A DNA stretch of 64,000 nt from the NCBI GenBank assembly GCA_964016885.1, contig OZ024743.1, positions 165,230,001-165,294,000 of the forward strand. The letters are read 5' to 3'. The notes beneath the pieces were generated by a model. It was not told the origin of the DNA, made no database searches, and worked only from the letters and a program-made list of their open reading frames with translations. Shown here in pieces: positions 12,101-24,429 of the stretch. Both the position numbers and the translations under genes were made by a program. Source of the DNA: Eledone cirrhosa. Lineage: Eukaryota. Every line of letters begins with the position of its first letter. The first letter of the stretch is position 1.

Positions 12101-15051
12101 CGAATTTATGGTCTGTGTAGTCGACTATTTTGAATTATGGACATCCTATGCTAGACCATCTATTTCCCTACAAAATACCCTATCTAGATTGGATGACCCG
12201 ATACGGTTTGTCCATGTCCACATTGGCACATTCGGGAAATCTAGACGGTACCTGTCACACAGTTGAAACCGTCTGAGCAGGTTTGTGAGGCTTTTACACC
12301 CTCCTCCCCTATCCGCTAATCCCACACAGTCCCAGCGTGTATCTAAGATCCCGTTCCAGTCGCCCACTAACACTAAAGAGCACAGCAACTCCTCCCCCCG
12401 ATCCTGGTCGGCTGAGAGATGCGTATACATCGTAGCCGCCGAAGATCGGTGCAAAGGCTCGTGCTTCGGAGATTCTGGTCTCGCTGATGGCCACCACGTC
12501 TATGTTTAGTGACCTGAGGTCGTTGAGCAGGTGGCCCTGCTTCCATGACGACCCCAGGCCACGCGCATCTATGCTGCCTATTCTGAGTAAGGTCACGTTG
12601 AAAAGGAGCGGAAAAAGATGGGAAAGACCACTTACCTCACTTCTTGTGGAGGAAGGATGGTTTTTCCGTCCTTCTCACTGTTTGTGGCCCCCTCCGGAAG
12701 GATGTCTTTATAAATACTCCTGGAAAGTGTTTGTCGGAAGTCTCCGATGTCCTTGGAGAATTTTAATTATAGTGTCGTGTATGTTTTCTGTGTGATGCAA
12801 GTGATTTGTATGTCTGGGGGTGGTATGAATTTTTGGGGTCTTGTATAGTCTTTTTCTGTGATGCTGGTGTTGTATTGGATGCAGTGTAATAATTGGTTGT
12901 TGTTCAAATTTAATTGTTTCTACTTTTTGGCACAAGGCCAGCAATTATCCCAGTGTATTACTGGTACTTTATTTTATCGACCCCGTAAGGATGAAAGGCA
13001 AAGTTAACCTCGGCGGGATTTGAACTCAGTCCGTAAAGGGACGTAACTGTGCTGCAAAGCATGGCGTCCGACCCTCTACCGATACTGCCAATCCACTCAA
13101 ATTTAATGCTGTGTAGTGTGTATCGTTTTGGTTGCTTTGTTTTGTTTGCGTTTGTTGTGGGTTTGTTTCTGTTTCGCTTGTTGGAGATTTTTGTGGTGTT
13201 GGTGATGGTGGTGTTGGGGTTAATGATGGTGATGGTGTTGGTGTTTGTGATGATGGGCTGGTGATGCTGGTGTGGGTGGTGACATAGCTGTCTTAACTTT
13301 TTTGTTAGTTTATTTGTTTGTTTCACCCTGCATTTTGTTTTTGGAGAGGGAAGGAAGAGGATTTTTTTATTTTTTGGTTTCTTTTATTTTTTATTTTTTC
13401 TAGATACAGTTTCTCACTCCTCCTCGTCGTCACAATCTGTCTCCAGGTGCGAGAGGTCGGGGAGTGGAAAATTCTCCACAGGCGTTGGTTTTAGTTGTGG
13501 CGTGGTGGATGGTAGAGGCGCGAGTGCTAATTCTGGCGCGGTGGGTGGTGGTGGTGTTGGTTTTGCTACTGTTGCTGCTACAGTTGCTGGGGTTGTTGCT
13601 GCTACAGTTTCTTCTGTTGTTGCAGTTATAGTTGTTGCTGCCATTTCTGCTGCTGGCTTTGATGGTTGAGTCACTGGGGTGGGCAGGAGAGGTGGCCACA
13701 ATTTTTTAGCCCGAGGGCAGCAAGCCTTTAGGTGGGTTCCTTCGCCACAAACGACACACCTAGGCCTTCTACCCTCAACGATTACGGTGAGGTGGCTGCC
13801 GTCATTGAAGTCTATCACCTCTGGAATCTCCTCAATGTTTTTTTGATCCACTTGGATCAGAAGCTCCATCCCAGATCCGGACCAGTTCTCCTGCTTTACT
13901 TTTATCACCTCAATTACTTTAGTGTCGGCCTCGATGTCGGCGAGGACGGCAGCCATTAGCCAGGGAATTTCAATGGCCGGCGGAACCTGGGTCACCCTGA
14001 TCTTTACCAGTCTCTGACCACAGTAGCTTGGGACGAGTGTGAATTCGTCACTTTTTAATGGGGCCATGGAGTGCACTCTGGCTTCCTGTGGGGTTCCAAA
14101 GAACACGTTCACGGTTCCATATTTTTGCCCACGTCTGATCTGGGTTTTTGAGCCCACACATGTCCCAAAGCTTTTTGTATCTGGGACTCGGATGCCCGTT
14201 CCACTCGGCGTATTTTAATGTTTATCGTGCGATATGACACGGTGCATAGGCGCCGATGCTCCATGGTATTAGATGAGGGGTGAGGCTGACCCTGTAACCA
14301 TATTTTTTTACTATTCGCTTGGCTTCATTCAATTCTTCCTGGCTTACCTCAACCGTTTCATTTTTGTTTGCCGCTTTAGCAAACGAGACATTTGGTTTTG
14401 CACTGGTGTTGATGTTGTTGTTATTCTTATTGTTGCTGTTGTTGTTGTTGTTATTGTTATTTTTGTTGTTATTATTTTTAGTTTCAGTTATGGTGGTGGT
14501 GTCAGTGGCGTTCGGCGTGGAAGAGTCGATTTTCGGAGAATCCATTTCGGTATCACGAGATAATAATTTATTTTTTGTTTCAGTTGTTGCTGTGGTGGTG
14601 GTGTTGGTTGTTCTTTTTGTGATATTGTGGTGGTGGGGATGGCGGCTTTAACACCTGTAAGCATTGTAATGGCGGGAAATCCATGTCTGTATGTGACAAA
14701 TCTAAATAATTGCCACTGCTATTACTTATATGTTCAGTGTTAGCAACCGTAGCAAGGTTTACAATGGTGGTGGTGGTGGGAGATGTTAGTCTGTTAGTAA
14801 AGCTGTCAGCAGATTTTGGTAGCTGAATGCCGTCCATGTTTTTTTTCAAAGAAATATTTTGTTTGATAAATATAAAGTTTAAATTTTGGGCTCAAGGCCC
14901 CAATATTATTGAGTGTCCTTTTCAGAAAGCAATATCTGTGAACTTATAAACACTTAACACCAAAAATTTTCTATAACTGGCAATTTGAAACAACTGAAAA
15001 CAACAAACCTTTGTGGAGCTCACGATAATACGATTTCCTACGTGGGTCGTC
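9192..15051 (-). mobile_element. Tx1-clade retrotransposon copy B (near full-length, degenerate)
   Basis: ORF1 with CVVCGEGTHLKACC; ORF2 RIGSIDARGL, KSPGLDGLP, NFRPITLLN, YADD (~10800), C-terminal CLRC..HAFVQC. Confidence 0.92.
12915..13096 (-). mobile_element. SINE family 1 inserted in Tx1-B ORF1 with 11-bp TSD
   Basis: tcaaatttaat at 12904-12914 and 13097-13107. Confidence 0.9.
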
Positions 15052-15073
15052 AATAATAATAATAATAATAATA

Positions 15074-15103
<30 letters not shown>

Positions 15104-15105
<2 letters not shown>

Positions 15106-15408
15106 TTTCTTTATTAACAATTAGGGTTTACATAAAGTAGACATTAAGGACAGTACAGGACAATACAGGACGGTACAAATGGGCATTTCTGCGTGTAAAA
15201 AAACAAAAGCAGAGGATGTAACAAAAAAATAACAATGAAAAATTCCCCAATAGGAGGGAGACTTCCGAGGGACATTTGTGGAGAAAACCCATCAAAAGGC
15301 CACAGTGACCCTGACCACCAGGGCAAGTGCCCTCTCCCAGTTTTCCACCTTTAATTTACAGACACATACTCAGAGTAGGCCCATTCACTTGGGCCATTCT
15401 TGCTTCTC
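15104..15408 (-). mobile_element. Tx1 copy C, 5'-truncated 3' end (B subfamily)
   Basis: Similar to 9192-9500; flanked by (AAT)n at 15052-15103 and 15409-15418. Confidence 0.9.
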
Positions 15409-15418
15409 TAATAATAAT

Positions 15419-18400
15419 GATTTCTTTATTGGCCACAAGGGCTGACACCAAGAAAAACATTACAGACGGCACAGGACGGTACAGGACGGTACGATGTGGG
15501 TTTTGTGCGTGTAAATATTTTTATTATTTATATAAGAAAAGAAAAAAAGGACATAGAAACATATATATAAATAAACGATAAAAATGAAAATTGAAACAAT
15601 GAAAAATTCCCCAATAGGGGGGAAACCTCCGAGGGTTACTCGTGGCGAAAACCACACAAAAGACCACGGCCACCCTGACCACCAGGGCAAGCGCCCTCTC
15701 TCAAATTTTCTATTTCTCAAACTACAGACGTATATTCAGAGCGGTCCCGTTCACTCGGACCATTCTCACTACATTCACCCACGTTTCAACAAACTTGCTA
15801 GAAGGCAGCACTTGCCTCTCCACCCTGATTTTCCTCTTCAAGTGAAACTTGAAAAAGTTAATTAGGGATTCGCCGAAGAGGAAAGTGTCTGTCTTTAACC
15901 CTTTCAACCTTGTCCACCACACAATCTCTTTCGCCATGGCCACCAGGCAAATGAAAACCGCCTGCCCTTCCTCCTCGAAGGAAGACGGCGAGACCATCTG
16001 CACAATGGACTCAGTCGATAACCGGATCAGTCCTACACGCGACAGCAACTGTTCGACATAGCTCCACAAGTCACTGAATGAGTGCGTGCACGACGGTTTC
16101 GTCGCTCTGCCCGCATCTCGGACAGGCTCAGCTGACGGCACTTCCGTGCCTGTAGAGCTTATCTCGAACCGGCAGCGCTCCCCGGTAGCACTGCCAGGCC
16201 AGGGATTTTTGGAAGTTATCCATAGGCCCTGGGCTGAAAGTTCTCCGGAAGAGAGCCAGCAGCTGATCTTCAACGCCCAGGATCTCTCCGAGAACGTCGT
16301 CGCTCTTCCCCTCCACTAGTCCTCTATAGAACGCCGAGGTGGATGTTGCACCGATAATAGTGCCCAGCTGGCAGAGGACAGTGAGCGCCTGGAGACATTC
16401 CAGTTTCCAAGCGCTATCCCTCGGTCTTTTTCTGACCCAGGACTGCAGCTCCGTCAAGGAGACGAGCTGTGGGAAAACGTGCCTGGCGAACGGCGACCAC
16501 ACCTGTTCACCGTCAAGGAAGCACCAGAGATGTCGCAGCCTCAGCGCATGCTTGCGCATCATTAGCCATGGCATGCCCAGTCCTCCACGCAACGGGTGTT
16601 GACAGCAGATGGATCGTCTGACCATGGGAGCGCGCCCCTTCCACAAAAAGCGGAAGAGGAGGCGCTCCATTTTGGTGAGAGTTGGGCCGGAGCAAGGGAC
16701 GACGGTGAGACGATAGCAGATGACGGATGCGATGTACGAATTCGCCACCTCCGCCCGGCCTTTCAGGGACAGCTTCCTCTCGGCCCATTTCTGGGTGAGG
16801 GAGGCCACCTTGCTCGTCACCTCGTTCCAGTTTTTCTCCATCAGACCCCGAGCAATTTAACTGGTCCGTCCGTCCAACGCCCCACGACGCTGTCGGACGG
16901 CATGGACTTGCCTCTCCAGGTGCCGAGCTGCAAGCCCACCGACTTTTCCTGGTTTATCTTTGCTCCTGTCACCGCTTCGTATTCCTTGAGAGCGGTGTCG
17001 AGCATCTGGACGTGTCTGGTGCTCGACATCACCACGGTGACGTCGTCGGCGTAAGCCGACTCGGATTTCCCGCATCCTAGTTCGCGTGGGACGCCCCTAA
17101 TCGCCCCCGGTTTGTGCAGTAACGGCTCGAGAGCCGATACGTACAAGAGGGACGAGAGGGGACAACCCTGGCGGACTGAGCGCATGATGCTGAACGGCTG
17201 CGACAGGTAACCGTTCATCCTCACAACTGAGCAGATGTTGCTTTACATCGCTGCGATCCAACCCCTGAAAACGGGCCCGAAACCGGCTGCCTCGAGAACC
17301 GCCGCCAGGTACCGATGGTCGACCCTATCGAATGCTTTGCATTGATCCAAGTTGATCAGGGCTCCACCCGTGCCAGGTTCCTTAACCTCCCTCTCTATGA
17401 TGTATCACATGAGGTGGAGGTTGTCGTGTATGGATCTGTCCGGAATGGCGCATGTCTGCGCCTCTCCCACCAGACCCTTGACGACAAGCGCCAACCTCGT
17501 TGCTAACACCTTGGCCAAAATCTTGAACTTTGCGTTTAGCAGGGTTATGGGCCTGAAATTATCGATAATATCCCCCTTGTTCGGGTCTTTTCTCTTCTCA
17601 GCAGCGCCACCGCTCCCCGTCTCACAAAACTGGGAATGATCCCGTTCTGCTGCCAGTTGCAGTAGACGTCTGCCAAGAGGTCACCGAACAAGTCTGGCAT
17701 AAATGCATAAAGCTCGTAGGGCAGACGATCCAAACCTGGCGATTTATCCCTCGTGCAGTTAGCCATCGCTTCCCGTATTTCACCGGCTGTTATTGGCTTT
17801 TCGCAACACTGTGCTGCGGTCGTCGAGAGCCGAGGCAGTCCGTCGAGGTATGCACTGAAGTCCATGCCCCGATCCGGGCCGCGGCTGCTCCCGAACAGTT
17901 CAGCGAAGTGCTGCTGAAAAGTTTCACACATCCGCTCGGGTTCGAGCATCACGCACCCGTTTTGGTCAGACAAAGACCGAATTGTGGCTTTGTGGCCACG
18001 TCGCGCCTCTGCCATCCGGGCCCATTGGACAGCTTTTGTCCCCTCGTGTTTCAGAGCACGCGCTCTAGCGTTGACAACGCAGCCTTCGTGTTTTGCGTTG
18101 AAGAATTGGTCGAGTGCCAACCTCGCCGCAAACACGTCGGTTGCGATGCCTGTCCTAAACTTCTAGCTTTCTGACTAGCTCTCCCTCTACTCTATTTTCC
18201 TCTATCACTACTCCTTTGCTAAACCTAATCGACTCTACTTTAATTGCCCTTTTCAGGGCGACCCACCACCTGTTGTTGACGACCGCTCCCGTCAACACCC
18301 GCTTAACTAATACGCTAATCCGGTCTCTGTAGGCTTTGCGCGCCAGGAAAGATGCGTTCAGCTTCCAGTAACCGGGCCCTTACTATGAAGTCTGTCTATG

Positions 18401-21092
18401 TCGTCTCACAGATCACAAATTTGTGGTCTGTGTAGTCGACTATTTTAAATTGTGGACAACTTATATTAGCCTTATCTAGTTCTCTGCAGAATACCCTATC
18501 GAGATACGATCTGGATGACCCGATGCGATTTGTCCATGTCCACATTGGCACATTTGGGTGATCCAGTCGATACCTGTCAGACAGTTCAAAACATCTGAGC
18601 AGGTTGGTGAGGCTCTTGCACTCTCCTCCCCTATCCACTAGCCCCACACAATCCCAGCGTGCATCCAAGATACCGTTCCAGTCGCCCACTAACACTAAAG
18701 AGCGGGACGTTCCAAGAAAGGTCTCTAGACGTCTGAAGAAATCTGGCCGTCCTGCCTCTGTTGGGGCGTAGACGGCTACTAGCCTGAAAGCATTGCCTTC
18801 GCTGCCGGTCACGTCCAGCACCACCGACTTACCTTCTGGGTCTAGGAAGATGGCCCATATGGCGAGATCCAAGCCTCTCCGAAAAAGGACGGCAACCCCT
18901 CCCCCGATCCTGGACGGCTGGGAGATGCGTATACATCGTAGCCGCCGAAGATCGGTGCGAAGGCTTGTGCTTCGGAGATTCTGGTCTCACTGATGGCCAC
19001 CACATCTATGTTTAGTGACCTGAGGTCGTTGAGCAGGTGACCCTGCTTCCAAGATGACCCAGGCCACGTGCATTTATACTGCCTATTCTGAGTACGGCCA
19101 TGTTGGATGAGAAACGGGCAAGTGAGAAAGGGTCACTTACCTTGATCGGTGAAGGGACAGTAGAACCGTCCCTTTCGCTGGTCATGGGTGTTTCCAAGAG
19201 GATGTCAGTGTATATCCTCTTGGTAACCGACCCTCTGAAATCTCCAACTGCGTTGGGGAATTTTTGTTTTAAAAGTGAGTACTGTTCTATTGAGATTTCA
19301 ATGATGCTTATGTTTGTCGGGAGAGTTCTTGGTGTTGGTGGGATGTAGTAGTTTTTTTCTGTGATGTCTGTGTGTTGCTTTATATATTGTATGAGTTCTT
19401 TTTTTGCCATGTTTATGGCTGTGTACTTTTTGGGCGGAGGGGTGATTTTGTTGCTGTTTTCTTCTTGTTGCTGTTTGGTGTGTGTGTTTTGTTTTGTTTG
19501 CGTTGTTGGTGTTTTTGGTGATGCTGGTGGTGGTGTGGTTGTTGTTGTCAGTGGAGCTTGTGGTGGTAATGGTGATGGTGGTGGTGTTGCTGCAAGTTTC
19601 CTTGCTGCCTTTACCCCTCTTTGTATGCCTTCGCTTTTGGAGGGTGAATCTAAGGGTTTTTTCTTTTTTTCTTTTATGTGGCAGACCGTTTGCCACTTCA
19701 CTTCCGCCTCGAACTCCATGTCGGGTTCCGTGGCGTCTGGGAGGGGTATGTGCTCCACGGCTGTTGGTGGTGGTAGTGGAGCCCTCTTCGGCAATTTTGT
19801 TGCTGGTGTAGCAACTTCAAATGTAGCTATTGGTGTTGCCGCTACTGATGCTGCTGCTTTAGTTGTCCGTGGCCTTGGTACGGGTGCCACGGACGTTGCC
19901 CTCCTACTCACCGTGGAAGGGGCTTCTGCGTTTGTTTCCTGTCCTGCTCTTGGTAGCAGCGGACCAGGTATTGGAAGGAGAGGGGCTTTCTTCTTCGCTG
20001 TCTTCTGCGGGCAAAAGGCCCTGAGGTGACCCTTCGACCCACAGAGATAACATTTTGGCCGTCTTCCTTCTACGCTTATAGGGAGTTGGAGTCCTTCCTC
20101 GATGTCTATGATATCGGGGATAGCGTCGATACATTCCTGGTCAGTTTGTATAAGCATTTGCATGCCTATACCTGACCAGTTCTCTCTCCCTATTTTCTCT
20201 ACTTGCAGCATGGTCGTCCTGTTCTCGATTCCAGCAAGGACAGACGCGGCCAGCCAAGGTATGGGCACGTCGGATGGGACCTGGGTCACTTTGACCCTCA
20301 CAATTTTCTGCCCGCAGTAGGAGGGCACCAAGACTATCTCCTCACTTTAGAGTTTCCAAAGAGTGAGACTTTGCTTCCTGAGGAGGGGTGGGGGGAAAGT
20401 ACGTCTGCCTCGGGTGATGTGGGTTTTGCGTGCCCAGACGCACCCCAAGGCCTTTTGGATTTGAGCCTCCGTGGCTCTCTCCACCCGATGTGAGATTTTG
20501 CTTACGGTGCGGTAAGTCACCGTCCGTAGCTGCTGGTCCTTGAAAAAATCGGGTGGAGATTTCAGGGAGACTCTATTGGCGCTTCTTGTCACCATGGCCC
20601 TTGCGACTGCCATCTCCTCCTCTGTGACTAACACTGTCTCGATATTTCGGGCGACACCTGCAAAAAAGTGGTCCCTTTTGCAGCAGCACCACTATTGCTG
20701 CTGCTACTGGTCTTACAGGTGGTGCTGAGATCGCTGTTACAGGTATCGATGTCATTGTTGATGTTTTCGTTGGTACAGTTGCTGTTGTTACTGTTACTGT
20801 GGCTGTTGTTATTATTGTTGTTTTTGTTGATACTGTTCCTACTATTATTGTTGTTGTGGCTGTTGTTATTGTCATTGTTATTGTCGTTCTCGACCTTACC
20901 GCTGTTATTTTTGTTATTGTCGTTCTCGACTTTACCGCTGTTATTTTTGTTGTTGCTGTTGTTATTGATGGTGTTGTTGTTGGTGTTGTTGTTGGTGTTG
21001 TTTTTGGTGTTATTGTTGGTGTTGTTCGTGTTAGAAATATTTGTTAATTTTAAATCTGGAACAATCTTCTTTTCCATTGTAATATTTTCGTT
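15419..21092 (-). mobile_element. Tx1-clade retrotransposon copy D (near full-length; ORF1 21077 to ~19100, ORF2 19101-15722 with frameshifts)
   Basis: Poly-Asn ORF1, CYLCGSKGHLRAFC knuckle; EN (GDWN, YLDRVF, YTDH); RT SVRQGCPLS, YADD. Confidence 0.93.
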
Positions 21093-21285
21093 TAATAATA
21101 ATTGTTTCTACTTTTGGCACAAGGCAAGCAATTACTCTAGTGCATTACTGGTACTTTATTTTATCGACCCCGTAAGGATGAAAGACAAAGTTAACCTCGG
21201 CGGGATCTGAACTCAGAATGGCAAGGGCCGTAGCTCTATGCGTCAAAGCACGGCGTCCGACCCTCTACCGATACTGCCAATCCAC
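21093..21285 (-). mobile_element. SINE family 1 between Tx1-D and Tx1-E
   Basis: Full copy with (ATT)n tail, same orientation as the array. Confidence 0.88.
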
Positions 21286-21295
21286 CAATAATAAT

Positions 21296-22050
21296 GATTT
21301 CTTTATTGGCCACAAGGGCTGACATCAAGAAAAACATTACAGACGGCACAGGACAGTACGATGTGGGTTTTGTTCGTGAAAAGATTTTTATTATTTATAT
21401 AAGAAAAGAAAAAGAAAAAGACATAGAAACATATATATATATGAAAATGAAAATTCCCCAATAGGGGGGAAATCTCCGAGGGTTACTCGTGGCGAAAACC
21501 ACACAAAAGACCACGGCCACCTTGACCACCAGGGCAAGCGCCCTCTCTCAATTTTTCCATTTCTCAAACTACTGGCGTATATTCAGAGCGGTCCCGTTCA
21601 CACGGACCATTCTCGCTACATTCACCCACCTTTCAACAAACTTGCTAGAAGGCAGCACTTGCCTCTCCACCCTGATTTTCCTCTTTCAGTGAAACTTGAA
21701 AAAGTTAATTAGGGATTCGCCGAAGAGGAAAGTGTCTGTCTTTAACCCTTTTAACCTTGTCCACCATACAATCTCTTTCGCCATGGCCACCAGGCAAATG
21801 AAAACCGCCTGCCCTTCCTCCTCGAAGGAAGACGGCGAGACCATCTGCACAATGGACTCAGTCGATAACCGGATCAGTCCTACACGCGACAGCAACTGTT
21901 CGACATAGCTCCACAAGTCAGCAATGCTCGGACACTGAACGAGTGCGTGCACGACGGTTTCGTCGCTCTGCGCGCATCTCGGACAGGCTTGGCTGACGAT
22001 ACTTCCGTGCCTGTAGAGCTTATCTCGAACCGGCAACGCTCCCCGGTAGC
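21296..22050 (-). mobile_element. Tx1 copy E, 5'-truncated (D subfamily)
   Basis: Nearly identical to 15419-16190. Confidence 0.9.
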
Positions 22051-22056
22051 AATAAT

Positions 22057-22544
22057 GCTTTCTTTATTGGCCACAAGGGCTAACATGAAGAAAAACATTA
22101 CAGACGGCACAGAACGATACAAAGTGGGTTTTGGCCGTGTAACAAAGGTTATAACAAGAAAATAGAAATATCAAAAAAATTCAAACAACAAAAATTCCCC
22201 AATAGGGGGGAAACTTCCGAGGGTTACTCATGGCGAAAACCCCACAAAAGACCGCGGCCACCCTGACCACCAGGGTAAGCGCCCTCTCTCAGTTTTCCAC
22301 TCCTCAGTCTACAGGTGCATACTCAGAGCGGGCCCGTTCACTCGGACCAGACTCGCCACTTTCACCCACCTTTCAACAAACTTACTAGAAGACAGCACTT
22401 GTCTCTCCATCCTGATTTTCCTCTTCAAGTGAAATTTGAAAAAGTTAATCAAGGATTCGCCGAAGAGGAAAATGTACGTCTTCAATCCTTTCAACCTTGT
22501 CCACCATACAATCTCTTTCGCCATGGCCACCAGGCAGATGAAAA
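22057..22544 (-). mobile_element. Tx1 copy F, 5'-truncated
   Basis: ORF2 C-terminus 22309-22530 plus conserved 3' UTR; followed by taatgataataat. Confidence 0.9.
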
Positions 22545-22595
22545 TAATGATAATAATATATAAGCGAACAAAGAATCATCATATACATTTTAATT

Positions 22596-22687
22596 ACATA
22601 TTACATATGTTTCAACGTCGATCAGCTCGAGGAACGATCGATTAATGATCGATCCTGAGTCTGGAATCAGAAACTCCTCAGATATGT
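22596..22687 (-). ncRNA. Type-I hammerhead ribozyme
   Basis: Minus strand: acatat CTGAGGA [long stem II region] GAAA catatg TA atatgt; perfect 6-bp stem I and palindromic stem III. Confidence 0.75.
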
Positions 22688-22768
22688 GTTCAGACTCGCG
22701 CCTAAGAATGACTGGATAGTTAGAAAGTTATTCCGATTCATTATTTTAGGCCGCTACATACTCTGCTA

Positions 22769-22986
22769 GTGAAGGCGTGTGGCTGAGTGGTTAGAGAATT
22801 GGATTCGCAATCGTAAGGTTGTGAGTTCGATTCCTGGACCAGGCGATGCGTTATGTCCTTGGGCAAGACACTTTATTTCACGTTGCTCCTTCTACCTGGA
22901 GTTGCGACCGATAGATAGTATTAGCAATTGGAAAGACCAACGGAAACATTGTTCCCTCGGTCCGATTTGACGAAAGTCGATCGTTC
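22769..22986 (+). mobile_element. tRNA-derived SINE, family 2 (CORE-like), 12-bp TSD
   Basis: A box tggctgagtgg, B box gttcgattcc, gtccttgggcaagacactt; TSD catactctgcta at 22757-22768 and 22987-22998. Confidence 0.85.
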
Positions 22987-24319
22987 CATACTCTGCTAAA
23001 GAAATATGTCATCGCCGTATTCATCCTGTTAAATTGTATTCGGTCAAATCTCAGTTGGAAGGCGACCTAGAACTCAGCAGCTATTACTGCCATTTCTTGG
23101 TCAAGATGGCATTTTACGCTTGTCTCGTGCCGAAGCCATTCGTACCCATAAATACCTCAAGTTTTTCAACCGGCACACTGTGAAATTCTCATTTTCCACA
23201 GTACCCTATATTGCAAGCGCCAATTCCAAGAAAATGTGGGATTACGAGTGTCGCCGGCAACAAACTGGAGCTCCGCGGAGGGTGGTTGAGAGGACCCGTA
23301 CTGACTCTAACACCAATTACGCCCTATCCAATACTGTGCCCCAATCCATCGTTAGCCATGACACTGACACCCAACTGACTGCAACGTTGACCGTGATCTC
23401 CAGAGTAGTAACAGGCCGGTATATAAATGACATAACACCTGACACCACGGGCTCCAGTGCACAACATCAGAATAGGCATCCTGACACCTCGCATTGCAAC
23501 TGCCGCAATAAAGTACAGTGCCCTCTCTAGGGAAACTGCATGGTCACGAACATTGTGTATAAATGTGTGGTTGAAACGCAAAACACGGTCCACAATTATA
23601 TCGGTGCAACATCCACGAACTTTAAATCGAGGATGTACAACCACACAAATTCTTTCAAGGACAGGAAAAGAGGCATTCCACAAGACTGGCGGACTTAATC
23701 TGGACGCTAAAGGACAACAACACAAGCTTCAAACTACACTGGAGTATAGTGCAACACGTGGTCACTTATTCTGTGGGCGGTGGCAACTGCAAACTCTGTG
23801 TAACGGAAGCCATGGAGATTGTGAAATTAAAGCAAAACTTGGTTAACCTCAAGTCTAGATTATCGTGATTTGCAGACACCACCGGAAATGCACTTTTTCC
23901 GCGCTTAACTTTCCCACCTAGGAGCTAAACTTTCCCACCTAGGAGTCAAGGCTACCAGTGCACTGGGTTAGCCCTACGTTTTGTCGAGCACCTTAACCGG
24001 CCCTTGGGCCCACTCTGCATGTATAACTTAGCACATATAAGAACGTAAGGACATACCCATGCATACACACGCATACTTACACATAACATCGTACACAACC
24101 TAAAACGTATGCATATAAGCACACGCACATACATTCACATCCATGTACACAATCACACCATATAGGCATATGTCCTCTCTACAAAGAATGCAATAGCTGG
24201 ATTGTATATGAAGTCTGTCTAGACATTCACTATTCCTCTTACTTTTCCAACTTATCCATGTATTAAAAAAAAAGAACTGTATTATTATTTCATTCTAACC
24301 CTTTATTATGTTTGTATTA

Positions 24320-24321
<2 letters not shown>

Positions 24322-24401
<80 letters not shown>

Positions 24402-24428
24402 CGCGCGTATATATATATATATATATAT
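24322..24428. repeat. (GT)n/(TA)n microsatellite
   Basis: Direct reading. Confidence 0.95.
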
Positions 24429-24429
24429 A

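Noticed and set aside
20573-21210. Long Leu/Val/Thr-rich ORFs (also 7358-7958, 8363-8844, 14273-14651, 39621-39920)
   Set aside because: Antisense or off-frame translations of (AAC/AAT)n Tx1 ORF1 tracts or of microsatellites
22769-22845. tRNA-like sequence as a tRNA gene (also the SINE heads at 478, 2260 etc.)
   Set aside because: No proper acceptor stem; continues into a SINE body and is bounded by a TSD
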